Below the pieces are notes generated by a model. That model made no database searches. It was not told where the DNA came from and was given only the letters and a program-made list of their open reading frames with translations. From NCBI RefSeq assembly GCF_009914755.1, contig NC_060927.1: a DNA stretch of 64,000 bases, one strand, 5' to 3'. The position numbers and the translations under genes were made by a program. Of the stretch, positions 43,536-56,119 are shown one piece after another. Position 1 is the first letter of the stretch. The number at the start of each line of letters is the position of its first letter. The stretch comes from the human T2T-CHM13v2.0 reference genome, Homo sapiens.

Positions 43536-45264
43536 GGCGCTCACAAACTTGCACCAGGACAGGAAGGCATGATTTTTACCCTAACAGTGTAGGTGGGGAA
43601 ATAGGAATCTCCTACTATTTCTAGTTTATTTTCTAACTTCTTGAAGCCTTCAGATGTTTGGTTGAAAGAACAAGGCCTGAGTCAGAGTCAGTAAGAGCTA
43701 GAAACTAGCACCTTGTTAAAGGTAAATGTCTAGACCAGTGCTAGATATTTACTAGGTGCTGGACTGTTTACAGAGCTCTGGGAAGTCTTTTCCTCCCTAA
43801 ATGCCTTCTGGAGTATGTGAATCCATCTTCAGTGCTGTCATCTTCTAGCCTGAGATTTGATCCTTATGCAAATTCCAGTCATCTTGGGAGGATTTATACT
43901 CTAGGCTCTTTCAGGTCCATTAGCTCCAATATAGACAGAGATTGAAAACAGATTTTCATGTGGAGGAGGAGAGGAAGGAAAGAACTTGACCCTCAGGATT
44001 GACACATGTGAGAAGAAGATGGCAGGGCCTGCAGAAATAGGCTCTGTCCTGAGGGTGCTGTCTTCTGGTTTTCTCCAGTGGTCCAGCCCAAACCACCACT
44101 CCTAACATCCCAGTCAATAAGCAAGTCCTGATTGTGAGGCCACTAAGTCACAGCTCTGTGAAGGATTTGGAAATTTATGGATATAATGATTATATTTGTA
44201 CAGGCCTAGAGCATATAATCAAACAATAAGACATAATCAGTATTTAAAATCAAAAATTTTCTGAAAAATCCAAGACTCACATATGGATCATCCCTGCTCT
44301 GAAGCATTGTTACATAATCTAGTGGTCTGAGGCGTAGGTGGGGGAGCAGTGTCTGATTATTAGACAACCGACTTTGAAAGGTGGTATCAGATGATGATGC
44401 TGTGAGCCAAATATCATGAGCAGACAATAAATGTGATGAAAGTTCAGAAAAGGAAGAAGCCATGTTGGCTGTAGTCATATTAAAATAGCATAAATGTTTG
44501 CTGCTTTTTGCTAACAGTGCTTCATATTTGCATAAATTTCAGCATTTCCAAAACTTTCATGTCATCTGATTTCATTAAATCTTCACAACCACCTGTGAGC
44601 CAAACATTATTAAATGAGGTAAAATACATAAAACACTTAGAATAGTGCCTAGTACATCACAGGTGTTCACTATTAAGATCACCATTAGCCCTATTTTATA
44701 AATGACACAACTAAGACTCAGAGACGCATTATTTGCCCAAAGTCACACAGCTGAAAAGTGGTAGAAGTAGGCCTGAACCTAGCTTCCCTGGCTTCTATTT
44801 CTAGAACTCTTTCTCCATTATCCAATGCATAAAAGAGGGCGTATTTAAGCTAGGCTTGCCTGGGTTGGGCCAAGTTTTGTGGGGGCGTTAGGAGAGAAGT
44901 CTCTGAAATCATATTCCTCAGCCTCACAAGCCCTAGTTGTTAGGTGGATGGGAATTGATGAAGGTATTCACTTCCTTGAGTAACAAGAGTTAAATCTAGA
45001 AGCTTCTGCTCATTTTAGCAATAAGGGGAGATGGTTCATTACCTGGTCCATCAAGGAAGCTGCAAGCCATTAAACTTACATAGATCCTCAGCTGCTAGGC
45101 TTGTTAAGAAAAATGTTACAATAGGGGGAAATTGACAACACAGGCACTACAGATATTTTTAGTCTGTGTTTCAAGGATGTACATGTTGGGTTCTGTTTAG
45201 GATTGAGCACAAGGGGATGAATTTAGATTTATGTGACAAGACTGCCAATCAGAAAGTTCATATT

Positions 45265-45566
45265 GGTGGGGCATGGTGACTCACTCCTATCATCCCAGCA
45301 CTTTCAGAGTCCAAGGCAGGAGGATTGCTTGAGCCCAGGGGTTCAAGAACAGCCTGGACAACATAGTGAAACCTTGTCTGTACAAAAAAAATTTAAAAAT
45401 TAGCCTGGCGTGGTGGCATGTGCCTGTAGTTCCAGTTACTCTGGAGGCTGAGGCAGGAGGATCACTGGAGCTCAGGCAGTCGAGGCTACAGTGAGCTATG
45501 ATTGCACCACTGCACTCTAGCCCGCGCAACAGAGCAAGATCCTGTCTCAAAAAAAAAAAAAAAAAA
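45265..45566 (+). mobile_element. AluJ
   Basis: Dimeric Alu with A tail. Confidence 0.88.
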
Positions 45567-45769
45567 GTCCGTACTGGGCATCTTATCTGTTCCTATCTTA
45601 TGCAAGGGACTGTGTGGGAAAACTAAGGGAAGTAGAGTAGTTTTCCCAGACTTTCAAATGCTGGTAAGAGTGGTATCATCTTTTTCTTGGGTGGGGGACA
45701 GTTTGGGAATATTAGTAAAAACCGTAACTGTGTCTGTTCCTTGTACCAGCACTTCTGTCATAAATTATT

Positions 45770-46250
45770 CATCCTGTGGATATATTTTTAAATGTAAGCC
45801 ATTGTAGCACTGTTTGTAATACCAAAAGCAAGAAACTAGAAATCTAATGTGCTCACCAATATATAATGCCAATGCCAATACATGTTTACCAATAAAATAC
45901 TGTATGTCCTTCAAATGGAATTTCATGCAACTATTAAAAAGGAAGAGGCCCATCAATATGTGCTGAAAGCATATCACTAAGATATATTTTTAAGTGCAAA
46001 AAACAAAAGTTTAAAAAAATTTATGTAGCATGCCATATGTATGTGTTTGAAGCATATATGTATGCAGGTATAGCCACACATTTTTTCCCCTCCACTGGAA
46101 GTATATGCTTATAATTGATAATGGGAAGTATATGTGATAAGAGAGGAATGGGAAAAAAGAACATTTTACTTTTTGTTTTATCCTTTTATATAATTTTAAA
46201 GATAGATTGATTGATTGGTTTAACCACATGATATACTATTTTTAAAAAAT
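45770..46250 (+). mobile_element. L1ME-like 3' fragment
   Basis: cattgtagcactgtttgtaataccaaaa..aaactagaaatctaatgt. Confidence 0.55.
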
Positions 46251-47712
46251 TTAAGCCTCCCTAAGGTCATACAACCAGGAAAGGGTACAGCTAGAATTCA
46301 CACCCCAGATTGTGATTCCAGAGCCCATCCTCTGGATTCTAGCACACTGCCCTGTACTAGTGTTCTCTTAGTATCAGGAAAGACTTCTATCATTTGCTAG
46401 CAAGTTACACAATTTTTCATGAAAATACCTAGAATCAAAATGTCCAAGAGCCTGGAGCTGCAAGAATGTGCTCATTCTCCAGAAGAGGGCTCTGTGCCCC
46501 ATCTGCCGGCCATCTTGGCTCCTTTTCTATAAGGTTGTGGCTCAGCCAAGACAGGTCAGTGACCCTGGGCCAGGAAACACACACTAAGATTTCCAACAGG
46601 ACAAATTACCTTAAGGAAAAGGCATTAGGATAGCTAGAGAGGTGGGGGTGGAGGGAAGGCATGAAAACAGTTCATTAGCCAACTTGGTCAATGGGCAGGT
46701 GCAGGAAGTGGCAGATAAACCCAGCCAGAGTCTATAAATATATTTCAATATCAGTGTTCAAAACCCACAAAATAAATGAGTGAATTAAGAAACTTGGCAG
46801 CATGTAAGCACCTAGATGTAAACTCTTAGTTCTAGCCTTAACTCCCATGAACTTTTCTTTCTGATTTGGGCATGTTATTTAATTGTCCTGGGCTTCAGTT
46901 TCCCCATCAGCCAAATGGACCACATTATCTCTCTTGGCTCCTTCACAGAGTTGTGAGGAACAACTAGGGCAAGGAACATGCTTTGCAAATGCAAGGCATC
47001 ATACGAAATGCGAGGTTATTGTTAATGTCTCTGAGATTTACCTCACAGAAGGAGAGCTATTTTGAGACAGGAAAATAGGAGGAAGCATCAGAAAAGCATT
47101 GCTGATAACAAGGTAGACATACCTCACCAATGAAAGAAAGGGATCTCATGGGTCATTCACTCCAGTTCCTTCTTTTTATAGTCATGGACAAAAACCTGCA
47201 GAGTCCAAGGTCTGCAGAGAAGTGATAGTGCCATACTAGACTCTATTAGTTAAACCTGTAAATAAAATGGAATAGTAGCCAAAGAAAGGGAATATACTAC
47301 CGGGCCCCTGCCTGAGGGGCTCGCTGAGCTGTGAATGTTGATCAGGGTCCTGGAAACAAGCTGGTGTGAAGCTTAATAAGAAATTGGGGCAGAGGTTGGG
47401 GGTGGACTTAAGTGGTCCAGCTCCAGGATGGCTGAGTGCCTCAGAGGAGCAATTTGAGGGTGGCCAGGGACTTGGATAGGACAAATGACAACTTCCTAGA
47501 ACGGGGTGTTCCAGAACCCATAGAGAAAAGGAAACAGCCTGGCCTCGTCCCGGGTAGTTGACAGGAACCAGGGTAGGAAGTATTTGTAGTGGGACTAATG
47601 CTCACATCATTAAGTCCCTTGTGAGTGGAAGAAGGAAAATGGGAATAAATGCAATGCGGCACACACAGGGCAAGTCCGTTTTTGTAGTGGTGTGAGCAGA
47701 GATGGAGAGAAT

Positions 47713-47731
47713 AGATCACCAGGGGGAGACA
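47713..47731 (+). promoter_or_regulatory. Possible CTCF core motif
   Basis: GATCACCAGGGGGAGAC resembles CCACCAGGGGGCGC; motif only. Confidence 0.35.
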
Positions 47732-48951
47732 GTGCCTGCAGTGTGAAGGGCAGTGGTCTCAGAGTGCCACAGACTTAGATGTGAATACTGGCTCTGCCAC
47801 TAACTTGCTATAGGGCCTTGAATACACCATTTTCAATTCTGAATCTTGGTTTCCTTGTCTCTGAAATGAAGCCCTTTCTCTGTATCTTATACGTTGTTAG
47901 GACTAAATGAGATGTTCTTGAAAACAACTTGCACGTAATTCCTAGAACATGATGCCCAATAAATATTGGTTTATTCCTTCATTTTGGGGACAAACTCCCA
48001 AAAAATCTCCAATGAAATATTACAGTTGGAAATTTCAAGCACTGGAAAAGCAAGCTCAACTTACCTAACAGGTAGAGTATGGAAAGGCCCTTTTGACAAA
48101 TGGAGAACCAGCCTAAAAGGACAGATAAGGAAATCTAATGTGGGGAGGGCAGGTTAGAAGCAAAGTAGGAATTAATATAAATATAAGCATAAAAATATCT
48201 GCTTATAAGGGATTAATTACTTATTACAGGGGATTAATTAATGCATTAATGTGAGGTTCCTCTAGATCTGTGACAAACTGGGAAGATACTATGTACTGTG
48301 TAACTCACCTTGACCCATTTTCTTGACTGCTCAGAAATGTGGGCTAAGTTTTGTGTTCAAATGCAATGGCTTCCCTCAGTCTTTTCCCGCTACCTTCTAT
48401 TTTGGTCTAATTAATTTCCTCTCATTCATTGATTGTTCTTTAATCCTTATTTTGTTGGTTATATTTTTAAATTACTAATTGCCTCAGGTCCTCTTTGTAT
48501 GGGTATGAAGAAGTAAAGTGATAATAACAGTTTCTTTAAAAACTAAAAATCCAAGGGTGGATACCAAATAGAAAACCATAGTAAAACGAAGGATCAAGGA
48601 AAATAAGGAAACTGCAGAGATGTATAAAGCTGATCTAGCCTTTATGAAGAATAAAACTGGGGAAATTCCTATTTCTAGATGCGTTTTATAGCCAAAAGAC
48701 CAGAGATGTTATAACAAAACCTGATAATGAAGGGATGTTTTGGATTATTTTATAGATGGGTAAATTGAGGTTAAAAGAGAGGAAATGGTTTGTCTTGTGG
48801 TGATCTCATAGCAGAATGTGGATCAGAATCCAGGTCTCTTGACCCTCATTCTGGAGATCTGTCTGCTGTGGTCCTCTTCTTTGTAATAGTAAATGTCTGA
48901 CTTTAAATACTTGCACAAAACTAATTTGTGTGGGTTTATTCTTTTCTCCAG

Positions 48952-49009
48952 GGCCAAGTGCTTTCGGGGCAAAAAAGTCCTTGGAGATTATGATATCAAG
49001 GTGGAACAG
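48952..49009 (+). CDS. SYN2: Synapsin II coding exon (exon 2), 58 bp: (W)AKCFRGKKVLGDYDIKVEQ
   Basis: Acceptor ttattcttttctccag ends at 48951; donor CAG|gtaatc at 49010. Translation matches the start of the synapsin C-domain. Phase 2 to phase 0 fits the next exon. Confidence 0.97.
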
Positions 49010-50204
49010 GTAATCAGCCTGAAGCCCAGAGCTGCATCCCCGTCATCACAGTTTCCTCTTGACATGCCAGAGTGAACCATCTCGTTCTGCTGAGTGGAAT
49101 ACTGTGTCCATCATTGGGTTCTGGACTCTGCATCTCCTCTCTCTCCTATCCTTTCCCCAGGACCTTTCTGTCTGTGAGGCATGGTCCTGGAGTCTGCATC
49201 TTTTCATTTCTCTGATTCCTTTTTATGGCTCTAGTGTCTGTAGATGAGCAAGCAGTTTGGTTCTTAGCACCCTCTTGCAGTGTAAGGTTCCCAGACTGAG
49301 GAAAACTTTAGAGGGCTTCCCAGAATATTGCACGTTACCTCCGTATTGTTGGTGGCAAGATATTTCTCGGTAGGCACATGTCTGCCTTTCAGGTATGCTG
49401 CCCCGAGTGATGGCTCCTTTGGGCCTGAGGCTATACTTTAGAGGAAACTTAGAAAAGAACACTTCCTTGTTTTAATACAGTGAATCACTGAAAGTCCAAT
49501 TTTTTTTTTTTTTTAACCTTCCTCCATCCTTTGCTTCATAATAAATAGTGATTGGGTCCATTTGGGGAAGAGGAGGACGTTCAGTTTCAACAATGCATGT
49601 ATTTCCTATGTGATAAAAGAAGTTTCTCATCATTCATTATACAGTGTGTTATGACTTACTGACTGTTTTCAAACAACTTGTTACATAGGCAAGATTGATA
49701 AAAATTATTCCCATTTTGTAGATCAGGGAAATGGAAACCTAGAGAGTACAAGTAACTTGCTTAATGTTTTATGCAGCTAGGTAAGGGGAAAGCAGAACTA
49801 AAAACTAGTTGCCTAAATTTAGACCTAGTGCTTTTATGTTGAAACTGATAAAAAGACATTTGTCTCAGTCCACATTCTCGCTCTGTAGAGAGGCAGCACA
49901 AAGGATGCTGGGCTGGGAGTTAGAGGACCTGAGTTTTGCTCCTTTCTCTGCCAATGATAAGTTTTGTTTGTCCTGAAAAGTTACTTAACTGCTCTGAGCC
50001 TCAATTTCCTCCTTTGGTAAATGGGGATAATTATCTCTGTCCCACCTTCATCACAGTGTTGCTATTAGAATTAGACTAACTCAGTATGTGAACATGTTTT
50101 GAAAACTGTATATAAATGTTTGGTGGTAGGGATGTTGCTGCTGCTATGTAGAGGACTTGGTGAAGTCAGGATTGTGAACTTATTCCCCTGTTATTATTTT
50201 CCAG

Positions 50205-50296
50205 GCAGAATTTTCAGAGCTCAACCTGGTGGCCCATGCAGATGGCACCTATGCTGTGGATATGCAGGTTCTCCGGAATGGCACAAAGGTTGTCCG
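50205..50296 (+). CDS. SYN2: Synapsin II exon 3, 92 bp: [30 protein letters not shown](R)
   Basis: Acceptor ttattattttccag; donor CCG|gtaagg at 50297. Reads in frame with the previous and next exons. Confidence 0.97.
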
Positions 50297-51589
50297 GTAA
50301 GGGTCTTTCTGTCCTCAGGATCATTGTGACTGTCTCCAGAGTTACTACCTCTGGCCCAAAGAGGTGGTTTCTAAGTCAGGTGTTGGAGTGAGATAGCAGT
50401 GCTATGTATGGTATACAGAATTTAATGATGTGAGTTGTGCAGAAATAGTAGAAAAGAGAGAGAAAGCCAGCTTCTCGCTGAGCTTAGTCCAGTGGTAGAG
50501 AAAACAACCTGAAGCTTCACAGACTGAGAGCTCACTTAGAGATAACTGGATTCCTTATAGGATTATTTCCCCCAACCCCTTCAGCCAGTGCAGCTCTGTG
50601 CTTTTATCCTGCATACATTTCCCTTGGAAAACAGAGTTCCATTGCTTTAAAACAAACAAACAGACTTGAAAATGTCTGATGTAGTTCAGCCTTCCATTTT
50701 ACATTGATTTGCTTAGATTCCCCTAGTGAGTTGTGGCAGAGCCCTGTCTTCTATGTGAGATCACTTGACTCTCCATCCTGTATTCTTTCTATATTCCTCA
50801 TTCCTGGGAACTCCTAAGTCTGATAGAAAAACCTAGGGCTGGAAGAGACATGGTGGGTGGAAGAAAATTAGCAATTATTGAGCACTTACATGCCAGGTGG
50901 TATGCTCGATGCCTCATAGATGTGATGTTGTCATACTCACAGAATTTTGTGAGAGAGGTAATGAGAATTCCAGACTGGAAAGTGGCGGAGCTGGGAGAGG
51001 GGGCGGCGGGAAATGGTTTCAACAAGTGTTATTCTTCCCAGGAGCTCATTATGGCTTCAGGTTTTCAGACATCAGTCTTGTTCCAAGAAGAGTCTTCACC
51101 TCACTCTCTTCTCCACCTCAATCTACAGTAACCTGACAGGCTTCCAGTGTCCAACAGGAACTGGATTGGTGACAGGAAAGGCCAGACTGGAGGTGTCTGG
51201 GACCTAACAACAGGAAATACGAGCTTGTCCATTCTGAAGATCAAGAAAGAAGACAGAAAAAGAGATGTCCATCCGGGTGGGGAGTGAGCTTAGGTAGCCC
51301 CTACAAGAGAAAATGGATGGGCTCCTCCAGCTGTAGGTAGAGAGGGTAATGGGGATGCATGAACGCAAGCAGGTGGTGACAGAGAGGCCCAAAAGCAGGG
51401 CAAGAATAAAGGCAGGCCCTTCTGGGTACCAGGGTAGGAACTCAGGGGCTGGCCACAGTGTACAGCTCAATTCCTGTAACTGGGGTGCAGGATTGGAGTT
51501 GTATTTCAGGCATACAGCTGGTGCCAGCTTCCCAGAACTGGGACACAAGAAGGTCAGAGCAGCTCTAACAGATGCCATATTTCTGTTTG

Positions 51590-52213
51590 TTTGTTTAATA
51601 GATTGAGGGGATTCATGTACAGATTTGTTACACGAATTATGTACATTATGTAATGGTGAAGTTTGGGGTTCTAGTGTTCCATCGCCAAAATAATGAGCAT
51701 CATATCCAATAGGTAATTTTTCAGCCCTCATCCCCCTCTCATCCTCCCCTCTTTTGGAGTCTCCAGTGTCTATTGTTTCCATCTTTATGTCTATGTGTAC
51801 CCATTATTTGGCTCCCACTTATAAGTGACAAATGCAGTATTTGATTTTCTGTTTCTGAGTTACTTCAGTTAGGATAATGGCCTCCAGCTCCATCTTTGTT
51901 GCTGCAAAAGACATGATTTTATTTTTTTAATGACTGCGTTGTATTCCATGGTGTATGCTGTATATATTTTCTTCATCCAGTCATCCACTGATGGATACTT
52001 AGGTTGATTCCATGACTTTGCTACTCTGAGTAGTGCTGCAATAAACATATGAGTACGGGTGTCTTTTAATATGATGATTTATTTTCCTTTGAGTAGATAC
52101 TCAGTAATGGTATTGCTGGGTCATATGGTAGTTCTACTTTTAGTTCTTTGAGAAATCTTTATATTGTTTTCTGTAGAAGTTGTACTAATTTACATTCCCA
52201 CCAACGATGTAAA
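51590..52213 (-). mobile_element. L1MA/L1PB 3' end
   Basis: Antisense L1 3' UTR (gctcccacttataagtga, tttacattcccaccaac). This is the source of ORF 51204..51782. Confidence 0.88.
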
Positions 52214-53010
52214 AGCTTAAGTCCTCGAGTGGCCAAGGAAGGCTCCTTCAACCCTCACTTTAAAAGACTAATCTCAGCCTGGGTGCAGCTGGGGCTGGAG
52301 GTGGTGGGCGGATGGCTGCCTGGGCAGAGAACCAAGTAGGTCATTGTATATCATATGACTCTGCTGAGGCTTAGTGCCTTGGGAGTAGATGCTGCCACAG
52401 AACTGATTCTCTGGGAAGGTGGGGTTTCTCTGAAGCTCAGACATAAAAACAGGGGCCGTGGTCCTCTGGAATAGCGGTGGCTAGAAGCTTTGCTGGCTAG
52501 AGGGGAAACGCAGGAGCTTTCCCATGCATGGGAACATTCTGTACTCTCAGGGCTTCCTGTAGCCATTGCTCAACCTCAGTTCTGCGAAAAATATTTGTAC
52601 CCCTCCCTAGCCTCCGCTTTGGAAGAATAACATTGGGAAGTCTGGCATCTGTCCTCAACCAGCCTGGCCCCTTGCTCTCCTGGGGGCCTGATGAGGGCAT
52701 TGCCTATTTTAAGGAGCAGCTTTAAGGAGTCAGAAAAGGACACTGAGATCATGGACCTCTGTGGCAGTGTGGTGAAGGGAGCCAAGTACTGTCTGTTGTC
52801 TTCAGTTTTCCAGGACTTGCTTTGAGCTCCAACTCGAAAGCCACAAGGAGCTTCAGGCTCTTATACAGCCTCATGAAGTCAAGGAAAAATATTTTTCACT
52901 TAAGATGTGAGAGTCTAAAAGTGTTTCTTCCCTCCTAAGGGTATTTGTACCTTAGAAAAAGGTAGTGCTTAGCCCAGAGGAGAGAGGAAATGTCAGAATT
53001 CTGTTCCTCA

Positions 53011-53422
<412 letters not shown>

Positions 53423-53429
53423 TTACAAC

Positions 53430-53840
53430 CGTTGCTCATGCATGCACTCCCAGCACTTTGGGTGACTGACGTAGGAGAATCACTTGAGCCTAGGAGTTTG
53501 AGATCAGCCTGAGCAACATAGTGAGACCTCATCTCTCCAAACAATGAAAAAATTAGCCAGGGGTCATGGCACTTGCCTATAGTCCTAGCTACTTGAGACG
53601 CTGAGGCGAGAGGATCACTTGAGCCCAGGAGTTCAAGAAAAGCCTGGGCAACAAAGTAAGACCCTGTCTCTCCAAAACATAAAGAATTAGCTGGGCATGG
53701 TGATGTGTGCCTGTAGTACTACTTACTTAGCAGGCTAAGGCAGGAGGATCACCTGAACCCAGGAGTTTGAGGTTACAGTGAGCTATGGTTGTGCCACTGC
53801 ACTTCAGCCTGGGCAACAGAGTAAGACCTGTCTCTAAAAT
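53430..53840 (+). mobile_element. Composite AluJ with three monomer-like units
   Basis: Monomer junction (accctgtctctccaaa...aattag) occurs twice before the final arm. Confidence 0.8.
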
Positions 53841-53978
53841 AACAACAGTAAAATGAGGGGCTTGGACTAGGTGGTTCCTAAGCCCTCTTCTTTATCTTGG
53901 GTTTTGGAAATGGGAACCAAAATGATGTATGGCCTGAAGTGCTGGTTAATGGCAAACCTGCCTCTACCTTCTCACCAG

Positions 53979-54135
53979 GTCCTTCCGGCCAGACTTCGTG
54001 CTCATCCGGCAGCATGCATTTGGCATGGCGGAGAATGAGGACTTCCGCCACCTGATCATTGGTATGCAGTATGCAGGCCTCCCCAGCATCAACTCACTGG
54101 AATCCATATACAACTTCTGTGACAAGCCATGGGTG
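53979..54135 (+). CDS. SYN2: Synapsin II exon 4, 157 bp: (R)[52 protein letters not shown]
   Basis: Acceptor cctctaccttctcaccag; donor GTG|gtgagt at 54136. Contains the conserved synapsin motif YNFCDKPWV. Confidence 0.97.
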
Positions 54136-54179
54136 GTGAGTGAGGCCCCCTTCCCCCAAGTAAAAGGGTAGGATTCAGG

Positions 54180-54302
54180 CCCTACATCTCCCAGGTCCCT
54201 AGCAGGGACTCAAGATGCAGTAGGCCCCAGCCCCAGGAGGGTCCCTACATCTTCCAGGCCCCTAGGAGGGTCCTCAAGATGCAGTTGGCCCCAGCTAAGA
54301 GG
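54180..54302 (+). repeat. Imperfect ~63-bp tandem duplication in the SYN2 intron after exon 4
   Basis: ccctacatct(c/t)ccagg(t/c)ccctag(c/g)aggg...ctcaagatgcagt(a/t)ggccccagc occurs twice; a third copy lies at ~55312-55366. Confidence 0.85.
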
Positions 54303-55180
54303 ATGTGAGAGGAGCTTCCCCTGGGACATGGGGGAGGGCTGGCCATCAGAATAGCACAGCATCACCTGTCACAGGCTCAGCACCTTTGCTGCGGAGTGGA
54401 CCTTTGGCCTCACAACAAAGTCGCACAAAGATACCGTGAAGAAGCCCTTATAGGTCTGTAGGCTCTGCCCTTGGCCATAGGCTGCAATGATAAAAATGTC
54501 TGTTTCTTGCCTCCTAGAATGATTAAACTTTTGGAAAGGCCTGAGCCCAGTGACAACCAAGGGAATAGTCCAACTCAGGTAGTGACAGAGTCCTACCAAG
54601 TGGTTCAGCAACCTGAAAATGAAATTTATCCTCATGCATGTGAATCAAATACTTATGAGCTAGAAGTGTCTTGGAGATCATCAAAGCCTAACCCTAATTC
54701 TGACCTTAACCTTTCATGATAGAGATATGAAAATTAAAGAAGGAAAGTAAGGTGTAGAAAACTACTTACTATAGGATGCCAGTTTCTGAGATTTTTCTGT
54801 TAATTTCATTTAATCCTCACCTTACAAGGAAGATATCATTATTGTCACTTTTTACAGAGAAACAAAACCCAAAAAGGATTAAGTAACTTGCCAAAGTTAC
54901 AGTGCCAGGATTTCTCTACATCCCACTGCCTCTCCCATAGATTGAGGCTCCTATATAAGGAGGAAACTGTTCTGGTTTTCTCTTCCTTGGCCAATTTGGA
55001 AATCTAGGAGGGCAGTGGAAACTTTTAGGCAGATAGAAAAAGCGGGGCTAGGAGGGAGAGTGACTTATGATGGCTTTGGGGGCACTCTGGCTTCCCCTCC
55101 GACCACTGAGGGGACCCAGCTCCTCTGCTGGCTCTGCTACTTCAGGCTGGCCCTCTCAGAAGGTAACACCTACCCCTAAT

Positions 55181-55366
55181 CACATCCTCATTGGCTTGCA
55201 GTATGCAGGCCTCCCCTGCATCAACTCACTGGAATCCATTTATAACTTCTGTGACAAGCCATGGGTGGAAAGTGAGGCCCCCTTCCCCCAGGTAGAAGGC
55301 TAGGATCCAGACCCTGCATCTTCCAGGCCCCTAGGAGGGACTTCTGGACCCCAAGATGCAGTAAGA
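55181..55366 (+). pseudogene. Partial tandem duplicate of the SYN2 exon 4 3' half plus the adjacent intron (pseudo-exon)
   Basis: Aligns to 54049-54225 at offset +1132. 75/80 identity over 54056-54135; about 85% over the next ~75 intronic nt. Donor GTGAGT changed to GAAAGT. Confidence 0.93.
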
Positions 55367-55488
55367 CCTTCTTGTTTTGTAAAAATGAAATTTCAGCTGT
55401 CACACGCCCTGGATTGCCAAGGTTCCTGGCACTTGTGTCTAATTGTGAAGTTTCCACGCCTTTACACCACTCAGAGAGCTGAAGAGGG

Positions 55489-55516
55489 GTGTGTGTGTGT
55501 GTGTATGTGTGTGTGT
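55489..55516 (+). repeat. (GT)n microsatellite
   Basis: About 14 GT units with one interruption. Confidence 0.95.
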
Positions 55517-56119
55517 TAACCAAACAGATCTGTCACTTCTGATCTTGATCTTTTTTTTCACCCTGGAACTAACAGCTTTCTTTTTCCTTTTGAAGCCAGG
55601 GAGAGCTTGGAGTGTAAGAAAAAGATCAATGGACAAGTAGTCAGGAGGGCTGGGAGCTGCCATGGTTAAGGAGGGGGTTGGGTTCCCAAGCTCCACTTGT
55701 TCAGCCTTTCCTTCTGCGTGGCCTGAGGCATCTGGAATCCTAGATTCTGCAGAAACACGCTAACAGAGTGTGATTTTAGTATGTTGCCAATCACAGAAGA
55801 GCATATGTGAGACCTTTACCAAGTGTCTTTTTTGTGGACCTCCCCTTTCTCCTCAGTCACATGTCCTTCCTACGGCACACGTGTCCTAACCCACGTGCAC
55901 CCCCGGTACTTGTCAGAATTTGACTCTCTCCTAGCCACACAGGGTGATCCTGCTATTAGCAGCTTTTTCTGGGTGATTTCACTGCTTATCAACTCTCTGA
56001 CCGAACCTGTGCCCCAGTTTCTTCATCTACAAACTGGGAATAATAGTAGCACCTGCCACCACTTTGACAGCCTGGTTGTTACAGGCTCCTAGTATATGGG
56101 TTCTCTTAAAGAAATTTGT

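Noticed and set aside
51204-51782. Longest ORF in the track (192 aa, minus strand)
   Set aside because: Starts inside an L1 3' UTR (METIDTGDSKRGE is a typical L1 UTR translation) and runs into unrelated intron; no domain or splice support.
55067-55303. 78-aa ORF containing synapsin-like sequence as a standalone gene
   Set aside because: Only the C-terminal part is synapsin-derived (the duplicated fragment). The N-terminal part is unrelated intron and there is no promoter evidence. Treated as a pseudo-exon.
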